This document shows positions 52,500-61,899 of a stretch of DNA of 64,000 nucleotides, piece by piece (the stretch's first letter is position 1; each line of letters starts with the position of its first letter). Under the pieces are notes generated by a model, which saw nothing but the letters and a program-made list of their open reading frames with translations, was not told the DNA's origin and searched no databases. The translations under genes and the position numbers were made by a program. Origin of the DNA: Chlorokybus atmophyticus (Eukaryota > Plantae > Mesostigma and Chlorokybus algae); contig RHPI01001965.1 of the NCBI GenBank assembly GCA_009103225.1, positions 325,114 to 389,113 on the forward strand, in the 5' to 3' direction.

Positions 52500-55400
52500 A
52501 TGGGCGAGCTGTCGCCGGGTGCTGGGTTGTCCATGATGGCTGCGTTAGGGTTTGGCGCTGCTACATGCAAGAGCTTGGGCTCATGCTTGAGCTCGAGCCC
52601 GAGCTTGAGCCCTGCCCAACCTGCTGTGCGCCGGCAGCATGGGCTGCGGCATGCTGGTTGTTATATAGAGCTATGGAGGCATCGGTGTGATCGTCTGACT
52701 CGTCGGCCTCCTCCGCTGCGGCGATCGAAGAGGAAATCACTGGTGGCCAAGGCCATGTCTTCCGACGCTGGCACTGGCGTGCAACAGGAGGCGCAGGAAG
52801 AGGACCGCAGCCATGGAGGTGATTCGCTATCTAGCAAAGCGTCTGTCGTCAGGTGGATGCGATCCGCCGTTGCCGTCGCCGGCCTGATCGGTTTGGGGTG
52901 CACCGCTTGGGGCGGTAACCTCTCCGCTGCTGGCCTTGTGGATGACACCGAGCCGCTGTTTGCCGAAGCTGCAAGGCAGATGTAGGTGGTTGGTGCCTTG
53001 TGTACTGCATACAAAAGGCGAAGCTTTCAGTGCTGGTGCTACACTCGCATGGCTAAGCATGCATCCATTCCTTCGGCAGGGTTCTCACAGGAGATTGGAT
53101 CACGCCGCAGTTCAACGGCCAAGCACGTTTTGATAAGCCTGCGTTGGTTTACTGGCTTATGGCTTTATCTGTAAGTAAGTAGGTAGGGAAGCTGTACATT
53201 GCAGGCATGCATAAGCCCAGTTTCGAGGTGCTATGGTGCTTACATTGGGCCAAATTGCAGGTCAAGTGCTTCGGGCTTAGTGAGTGGGCTTTAAGACTAC
53301 CGTCCATGCTTTGCGCAGCAGCACTGACTGTTGCCTTGACTGTCACCGTAGCCCGCTTCGGGTTGCATTCCCCTGCACAGCTTGCACCCATCCCAGTAGC
53401 TGCCGGAGAGGTCCCTATTGTAGGTGAGAAGAGTGAAAGGGCAGAGGGGTTCTGGCCCAAGCGTTGGACTACAGCAGGCATTGTTGCAGCCGCATTCACA
53501 TTGAACTTTGGGGTAAGTGCCTGCCCACATGTTCTCAGCGCTGTTGAGTGAAAGGTCGAGCTGTGTGCCAATCTGTTGTGTTGCAGGTAGTTATATGGGG
53601 AAGCACAGCATTATCAGACATGGCGCTGACATCTGCGGTTGGTGGGACATTGCTGTCCTGGTTCTGGGCTTATGCTGGTGGTGTTCGCTGGGGTTATCTC
53701 AGTGCAGCCTTGTGCATGGGGCTCGCCATGCTTGCGAAGGGTCCTGTTGGAGTTGTGCTTCCGGTACGTCTCTGCTGTCAGTGCGTTCACAGTGCAGTAA
53801 GATGATGCACGTGTCACGCGGCTATACTTGCAAGGAGTCTGCCGTTGCCTGTACCATAGCAACATCATGCTGTAGCTGATTCAATCATCACAGGTGGGCG
53901 TCTGCTTGCTGTTTTTGTCTTACACCGGGGAGCTCATACAGTTTATGAGGTACAACAGCGCCACATACCTGGCGTTGTAGCTGGGCCTGTTGAGGGTGTT
54001 CTGCACTGTCAGGCCTTCCTTACGTCCATGCCTGCAGGAAAGAACTGCCATGGATCAGTGGGCTAGGGGTTTTCCTTGCAACCGCTGTACCTTGGTTCAC
54101 AGCTGTCACGCGCATTCATGGTTGGACGTACATCAAAACATTCTTCGGGTACCACAACGTTGAGGTTGGTTTCGTTGTTATTATCCAAGTTATGGCCAGC
54201 TTTGCTTCTGTTGTGTTGGATATGCATGCCTCTCCACATGTTGTCTGAAGGTATTGCTGACTGTGACATTTTTTGGCAGCGCTTCGTTAGAGGTGTAAAT
54301 CACCATGGAGGTCGTCCTTTGGGATACTCTGTTGGCGCAGGCTTGGCAGTCTTCTTCCCATGGTCACTGGCGCTTCCAGCAGCCATTGCACGGACCCACT
54401 TCTGGGACACGAGAGCCTTGTGGCGCATTCTTCCTAGGGGAGAGCGGCTGCTCCTGTTTAGCGTGGCATGGGCATTCGTGGTATTTGGATTCTTCTCTTT
54501 GTCATCATCACAGGTACAGCCAGTTGACACCGACCATGTATGTGGTCATGTTGAGCAGCAGTGTCTCACCTTGGGCGGTGTTTCGCAGTTGCCATCTTAT
54601 TATCTGCCATTGGCGCCAGCCGTAGCAATGTTGGCAGCGTCGCTGTGGTCTCCTGAGAATGACGCGCCTGCCAAGGGTTACTCATTGAAGGAGTCGCGGA
54701 TGGGTCACAATTGGGGAGCAGTCGCCACAACCCTTGCCACAGCTGGCACAATGATGGCTTCAGCGGTTGGGCTGTGGGCTCTTCCGTTTGCTCTACGGTC
54801 ATCTGGCGACTCACCGGTAGGCTGCATGCATATCATGTGGTTCTGCAGCATCGTTTGCACGGTTGAAACATCTGGTTGTGCAGACTGCCAACATTGGCAT
54901 GCTTCTGCAAGCAAAGGGCTACAACGTAATAGGAGCAGGCATCTTTGTTGCCATGAGCTTGGCGGCGGCCTGCTTGTCCATTATCAGCACAGCAGCCTGG
55001 TTGGAAGACAACTCTGGTGATTGGTACAGAGATGATGTGCGCCGGCGCCATCTGACACAGCCTCAACGTGCGGGCTGGCCGAACAGCGTGCGTAGGCTGT
55101 GGCTGGTTAACACCATTGGAATGGCTGTATTCCTCCTGGCCGTGTTCACACCGGCATACCGAGCCATCGATGCTGTGCGCCAGCAACCATTGCGCAATTT
55201 GTCGGTGGTAGCGCAGCAGTCGCAGGTAGGTAGACTAGAGGCAGTTCGTTTCCACCACGTTCCTGTCCATGTTGGCATTGCCACAAATGTTTATGCTGTC
55301 TGCCTACATGGTTGTCAATGTGGCCCTTTTTGCACAGGTGTTGTCAGAACCTTTGGCAATGGTGGGGACCAGAATGCCCAGTGTTGTGTTCTACAGCGGG

Positions 55401-56007
55401 TGAGCTTGCAGGTCTCGTCCCTGCTGCAACCACATGTTGATGTCTGCAGATCTGCGAATAGCCATGGGTGGCTTTGCAGTGTATGTTATGCGCTGCGATC
55501 CGCTAACCCATGCAACTTTTAGGCAACCAGTGGCATACTTCGACACTGCGCAAGAAGCCGTTGAGGTGTTTCGGAATGAGGCTCGCGGGTAAGCAAAGCT
55601 GCATTTGCCAAGCGAGGTGAACAGCGTAGTAACTGGTTTCACTTCGTTCATCCTCAGCCATCTTGCCCTGTTAATCCCGCTTGCACGCGCACTGCGAAGT
55701 GCCATGCGCAAGCGATTCATGCGGGGCACACATAGAACCGGAAGTTTCGCTGACAGCATTCCGCCAAGACTTGGCCCATGAATGTGCTCTGATAGTAGCT
55801 TCACGAACATGTTGTGCTTTGCACGCCAGCATCCTGCTGTGTATTCAAACAGTGTCATGTGTAACCATGTGTCTGCTACCATGCAGAGTGAAGTCTGTGT
55901 TGGTGCTTGCGGAGCGCCAGCTGTGGGACCAATTGCCACCCAGCCAGAAACAGGTCCTGTTGGCGACAGAGGGCGATTATATGCTGGTCCGTGTGCCACT
56001 TAGTTAG
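52500..56007 (+). CDS. ArnT/PMT_2 (GT39/GT83-type) polytopic membrane glycosyltransferase with a transit-peptide-like N-terminus
   Basis: [85 protein letters not shown]; multiple transmembrane segments; canonical introns. Confidence 0.85.
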
Positions 56008-58828
56008 AAGCTGCGGCTGGCATCACAGCATGTACAAAGTGGGCATTGAATGCGTACATCAAGCTACGATGCCCGCAGACATTGTCACCCAAGGTACTGT
56101 CTTATGTGGCGTTGACCAGATTTGCTTAAATCTCCATTTATTGGTGGGGCATTAGCGTAGCGCTGCAATTGATTGGATCGAACGCAGGCTGGCCTGAATC
56201 CATATCTTCCCTGCCAGGTGTGGCTCAATCACCATTGTAGGCAAGACCTGCAAAGGAGGGGCACTATGAAGTTTGCGACATGATGTGCCAAAAGGTGACT
56301 GCCACAGTGACTTGACAAGGTTACATCGTATGCCAACACAGCGTTGGTACTAGTTTGGATTGATTCAACCATTGTGCTCGATTTGGACTCAGCGCATGGC
56401 ATTTGACTCGTTGAAAAGCCAAGTGCAGCATTCACACCGCTGAAACTTCCACACGCCAGTTGACCATGTGACAGTGTCAATGGCAGTGCGGAGGCAGATG
56501 CATCCGCATGCAGCAGACAATCGATTAGGTGATGCCAGTATTGTTGGCGATTGAGGGCAATGGCCCCATGAGTTGGCAACTGAGCAGACAAAGTGCAACT
56601 TGTGTGTTACGTAGCAGGCTGCTCCATGGGGTACATGGCTGTGCAGAATGATAGAGTTACACATGCTCACTACTCTCCCGTTGCTCTTCTGCCCTAACTC
56701 GTGCAGTCATGTTGAGTTATATGCATTGGTCTGCGTACCAACGAGGTGCTGTGCCTTATTGATATTGCATGCTAGCAGACGTGCAAACTCTGACAAGCGG
56801 TCATCCCTTGTCCACACGCACACTGTTCACTCAGCCATGCCGCCTTGAGTGCAGGGGTTCATGTTGCACTGTGTACAGAAAATGCGAGAGGGGTATATGT
56901 GCACTACCAGAACAGAAATGTAACAACTGCTCTTGAAGAAGAATCAGCACATTACCTGAGTTATGGGTGTGTTTGACAGGTGTGCTAGTGCAGTCGTGTG
57001 TGCATTGTGTATTTGCGTGTGGTGTGGCGCCAGTAAGCTGGTATTATGTAGACTCTCCAACCTAGCAACACATGCACACACCGCAAGCCAACTCAGCGCC
57101 AGCAGTCACACGGGCAAAGGCAGCTTAGTTACACGGGCAAGGGCATCAGCTAGCTGTGTGCGCTAGCTACCGTGCTTGGGATGAGCGGGGTATCAGCAGC
57201 ATCCATCTTGCACACAGCACTGCGCGCACAACACTGCAGACGTGGACTGTGAGGGTACATGCAGCACCGCACTGCAAACAGCGACGCAGCAAGCAGCAGA
57301 AGCGCAGGGAGGCGGAGGGGGAGGAGAGGGCGAGGGAGTCGTCGTCGCTGCTGCTCATGTGCATGTGGTTGACAGCTTGCAACGACTAACCGAGCCCATG
57401 TGGCCCGGGACTACATGCATGTACTGACTGCCATGGCTAACGGGGTGTTGGTAGAGTAGGTAGTGAAGTTAGCTTGTGACAGTAGTAGCCCGGTGGTCTA
57501 CATGAACGGTGTTGACTGCATGTGGACATGATGCTGAGTCCATTGCATGTGTCGTGCATGTGCATACCTGTTGCGCATTTTCTGTACACCCATAGCACAG
57601 CAAGCTTGCCGGCACCTCCACTGCATGGTATACTTGCCTTGATTGTGTCATCAACAAATTGTCGATGCAATGCAAAGGCTGCTGTGCATCAGAGTTACAG
57701 CTACTGTATCCAACAGTGTGGTGTGTGACATGTTGCGATTGGGGTTGTTGCACGATGTGCCTGCCTATGTCGTTGTGACAGTCCCCGAACGTTATTTGCC
57801 TATGTACATTGTCATGCACTACTTGAACCTGATGACATAATTGCTGCGCCAGCGGTCATCAACAAAACAGCGGCCAGCGTAGTGGGCACAACGTCGTGTT
57901 CAGCTAGCCTTGCTTTCTCAACCACTCTGGCACTTGCAGGTGCTGACTCTCTTAACATCCTTCCCGTACTGTGTGCGCAAACATCACGAAGTCAGTCCAC
58001 GTGCAACAATGACTACCAACATTGGCAATTGAGGCCATGCCACATTGAGTGCTGCAAGCTGCCACGCAATTCTTGCGGAACAAGAATTAGATCTAGATTC
58101 AATAATTATGATGATACTTGTTTACCTTGATGGCGTTGGTGGGAGGGCACGCCAGCATAGATGAACCAAGGTTGGGGAATACGGATGACCACGATTGCAG
58201 GGTACCTTGTCCATGACAGAAAACACAATCAGTGCGTGTTGTTGCATACGTTTAAGTTTGCTTGTAAACAGAAGAAGTGCAAGACCAACCTGCTTGTCAC
58301 AAAAGGAGCCGCAGTTTATGTGGATCTTGGCACTCGGCTCGTAGCCAGCTGCCTTGTTGTTCGTGTAGGCGAAGATTATCCGTCTGCACAGATGAAAAGA
58401 GAATGTTACAAGTTGTTGTAACTTACAACAACCTTGCACTCCAGATGCGCTTGCTATTGGAGTAATGTTGCCTGCATGTGTGCTCACGTTGTTGGTGAAA
58501 TCGCACTTGCGGAACTAGCTCTTCGAAAAGCACCACCCGTACAGGACAGCGGCAGCATCACCAACAAACCCATGGTTGTTGAAGTACATGTCCTGTTCCA
58601 CAATCGCCCGCAGGGAATGCACAGACACTGCAGCAGTAGCTTGCACATACCACACCAATGAATTGTCACTTATGTTGCTGTGCGACACTACAAGATACAA
58701 TGCAAGTAATGTGCATGATACAGTGAGTCACCGTGTTAGTACATAACTTCACATACTGACTTGCATATTGCATTGGATAGTATGTGTGCGCACATGCATC
58801 AACTTACTGCATTCTTAAAGACCATGTT

Positions 58829-59422
58829 TGTCATGATTTGGGATAAATTGTGACAAATCTTACTCATAGTAGCGTCTTTTGCTACCACAGCCTAGTGGTC
58901 GGAGACCATTGTTACAATGATATTGGAGCTTGACGTCTTAGGTTCAATTGCCGTAGGGGACTGAGATAGATCCAAGGGCAAAAAAAAATTGGGGCGGCTT
59001 GCCCTAGGTTGGGCGCAGGTTCGCAACCTGCGCGCCGAGCCAGTTTGACCTATGGCCGCGTGAGCCGTCGCGCCGCGATGGCAGGTCGCGCGGTTGAGGA
59101 TGGCCGCTGCGGTTCGGTCGCTTATGATTGTTGGTTGGCCGGATTGAAAAGGCCGCTGGCGGACCAGCCGTGGTACGGCCGTAACCACGGCGACGTGGGC
59201 TAGTAAATGCTTCATTGGATAATGAGGAATCCGTGGATTACATTGGGGAATGTCGCGAATTGCGATAAATTGTGACAGACCTCACTCATGGTAGCGTCTT
59301 TTGCTACCATAGCTAAGTGGTCGGAGCCCACTTGTTACAATGGTATCGGAGCTTGTGACCAACTTCACTCAGGATAGCGTCTTTTGCTACCGTAGCCTAG
59401 TGGTTGGAGCCCACTTGTTACA
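58829..59422 (+). mobile_element. TRIM family T2: LTR (58829-58916) - internal region - LTR (59251-59339) - PBS - partial LTR (59354-59422), 5-bp TSD ATGTT
   Basis: TG...CA LTRs of ~88 bp, PBS TGGTATCGGAGC at 59341-59352, purine tract GGGGAA before 59251, ATGTT at 58824-28 and 59423-27; no ORF. Confidence 0.9.
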
Positions 59423-59954
59423 ATGTTGTTGGCATAAATTGAGCCGTACTACGGCTCGGTCTATGTTTCTTTCACTTCAACTAGTAGTTAAAGTGAAGAA
59501 GGAAGCCATCAACTTCGGCCCAGCGGTTAGCATCACGCGCTCCGTGTTTGGCTTGCCGATGAGCAAACAGGTTGTGTTAGTCAACAGATGACATGTATCA
59601 ATGCATAAACAAGCATCAATATCAACTAGGCTGTGCATGTCAAAGAAAATCCGATGCCACGCTTGCCTAAAAACAGCGTAGTCAAAGTTGACAAAGTTAA
59701 ATGGCTTTCCACCTGAAATTGTAGAATACGTGCACTTAAGCCACATAAAAGCGAAGAGGGACATGTTAAACTACAACACACCTACACAACTGCATACACA
59801 CAGCATGTGAAGCAAAACGTCACCATGAACAACATGACACAACAACATGCCTTCACCTTTTGGGAATGTGAAATCGTCCTCGGTTTTGAAGATGAGGTTG
59901 ATTGTGAAGCCGCTAAATGCGGGGGACTAGCTCAGCGCATTGTACAGGGACTAG

Positions 59955-60943
59955 TGTCACAGCCCACTCGACCACAAAAGACTTGGTGCTTTTATGGTCG
60001 ATTTGTGGTAATTCAAATGTACCTTCCCGTTACAGTCCGCCCCACTTAAGAACGCTGACGTCCTCGGCAGCTGGCGCCCATCAGCTGGGGAATCATCCCA
60101 AGGGTATGATATGGGTCGGTCATCGGCCCACCACCCAAGGACCGACCAATTTAGGCCCATACTAGTCAACGCACGCATAGCGCACCGCTGCCAGCCCCAC
60201 AGGTCGCGTCGCCGCGATAGGCAGGTCGCACCCTGCCGCGCCGACTGCACTGGTCAGTTCGGCGCGACTGCCAGTAAGCAAGTCGCGACCCAACGATGAT
60301 GGCACCTATAAAGTGACCATTTACGATGTTATTGGATCGAGAAACAACGACCACACAATTCGTGTGCAAGGCAGGAATCGAACCCGGGTCTCAAGCTCCG
60401 ATGACCAATGTCATGGCCCACTCGACCACAAAAGACTTGGTAATTTTATGGTCGATTTGTGGTAATCTCAATGTACCTTCCCGTTACATCCCCCCCCACT
60501 TAAGAACGCTGACGTCCTCGGCAGCTGGCGCCCATCAGCTGGGGAATCATCTCAGGGGTCTGATTTAGGGTCGGTCACCGGCCCCACCACCCAAGGCCCG
60601 GCCAATTTAGGCCCATACCGGTCAAAACGCGCATAGCGCACCGCTGCCGGCCCCATAGGTCGCGTCGCCGCAATAGGCAGGTCGCGCCCTGCCGCGCCGA
60701 TTGAACTGGTCAGTTCGGCGCGACTGCCATCAGGCAAGTCGCGACCCATCGATGATGGCGCTTATAGAGTGACCATTTACGATGTTATTGGATTGAGAAA
60801 CAACGACCACGGAATTCGTGTGCAAGGCCGGAATCGAACCCGGGTCTCAAGCTCCGATACCAATGTCACAGCCCACTCGACCACAGAAGACTTAATGCTT
60901 TTATGGTCGATTTGTGGTAATTTTAATGTACCTTCCCGTTACA
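59955..60943 (-). mobile_element. TRIM family T1 tandem array: three 80-bp LTRs (59955-60034, 60409-60488, 60864-60943) and two ~375-bp internal regions, 5-bp TSD ACTAG
   Basis: Minus-strand LTR TGTAACGGGAAGG...GCTGTGACA; PBS TGGTATCGGAGC (60851-60862); G-rich PPT (60489-60500); ACTAG at 59950-54 and 60944-48. Confidence 0.95.
60830..60883 (-). promoter_or_regulatory. Putative Pol III type-2 promoter across the LTR/PBS junction of T1: A-box TGGTCGAGTGG (60873-60883), B-box GGTTCGATTCC (60830-60840)
   Basis: Both match tRNA box consensus and are 32 nt apart; second B-box at 60374-60384. Confidence 0.6.
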
Positions 60944-61069
60944 ACTAGAGCTCAGCATACGACTCAACTGCAATAGAGGTAGGTCACCGTTTACTGCACC
61001 AACAAACACTACGCAATCCAACATCAGAAGAAACGGTCTCCCCCTCCATGCATTTTCCAACACGCTTAC

Positions 61070-61148
61070 TGTAACGGGAAGGTACATTAAATAACCACAA
61101 ATCGACCATAAAAGCATCAAGTCTTCGATGGTCGAGTGGGCTGTGACA
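61070..61148 (+). mobile_element. Solo LTR of TRIM T1, inverted relative to the array, with near-TSD CTTAC/TTTAC
   Basis: TGTAACGGGAAGGTACATT...GGTCGAGTGGGCTGTGACA is the reverse complement of the array LTRs. Confidence 0.9.
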
Positions 61149-61713
61149 TTTACTGAGCATTGGTGTCGGAGGGGCCCTCCGCCAGAGAGGGAGTAATGGC
61201 GCTTGTCAGGCAGACCACCAACAGCTTGCATGCCGCAGCCGTCGCAGCTGCGTCGGATCGAACAGCGAGCCATGTAGCGTAGCCTTGTCTGTGACAACTG
61301 GGACAACCCTGAACTCTGCACTCCAAACTCACAGCCTACAAGATGTTAGCTTGCAACTCTCGCTAGCGTAGTAGCCTTCACCTCAAGCTCTCAAACAAAT
61401 TTGTTGTCGACGGTTACAATGCTAACTCACTCTAACACAGCACACGCATGTATGCTGCGCAGCCAGGTCTTGCTAATGCCTAATGGCGCTTCTCTGCCAG
61501 GGCGGCTTGTCCGACGCGGCCGCTGCTGTGCAACAGCGCTGAGACCCGCCATACACGTGTTACACGGGCAACATGTGTCGTCGTCATGACCTGTAAGGCG
61601 CTGGCAGTGGCACACCCGCAAAGTCATGAGTGCCAACGCTGTGAACAATGGACTCAACCTATGGACTCAACCGTATTTGTGCGAATTCGAATGCAGCACC
61701 CCCTCCCCCCCCC

Positions 61714-61742
61714 NNNNNNNNNNNNNNNNNNNNNNNNNNNNN
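61714..61742. other. Assembly gap (N run) between duplicated GTGCGAATTCGAATGCAGC + poly-C
   Basis: The same 19-mer occurs at 61679-61697 and 61743-61761. Confidence 0.9.
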
Positions 61743-61899
61743 GTGCGAATTCGAATGCAGCCCCCCCTCCCCCCCCCCCCGCCCCCCCTCCAAATCGATG
61801 GATTGACCAGCTGTTCCCCACTTGCGCTCATGAACAGTTGAATTAGGGTAGTTTATGGAGTTTTATTGATTACAACTATTTTCAGCATTCACGCTGTTG

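Larger units (their letters stand above)
56229..61332 (-). pseudogene. Pseudogene A: secreted, Cys-containing, possibly beta-helix-like protein, disrupted by TAG stops and three TRIM-related insertions; boundaries approximate
   Basis: Reconstructed exons ESYAEL*SLYNALS*SPAFSGFTINLIFKTEDDFTFPK, YGSIYANNMVFKNA, YGWCFSKS*FRKCDFTNN, GTLQSWSSVFP, NCVAACSTQC with GT/AG edges; signal-peptide-like KLLVVCLTSAITPSLA. Confidence 0.45.

Noticed and set aside
59955-60943. CRISPR-like array or true tRNA genes
   Set aside because: The repeats are 80-bp TG..CA LTRs with near-identical spacers, a PBS, a PPT and a TSD. The tRNA-like junction lacks a paired acceptor stem and anticodon arm.
61159-61172. PBS-like TTGGTGTCGGAG just after the solo LTR
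   Set aside because: It is separated from the LTR end by about 10 nt including the TSD, so the geometry is wrong; probably chance.
61679-61790. Direct repeat flanking the N run
   Set aside because: Typical contig-end overlap at a poly-C gap; likely an assembly artefact.
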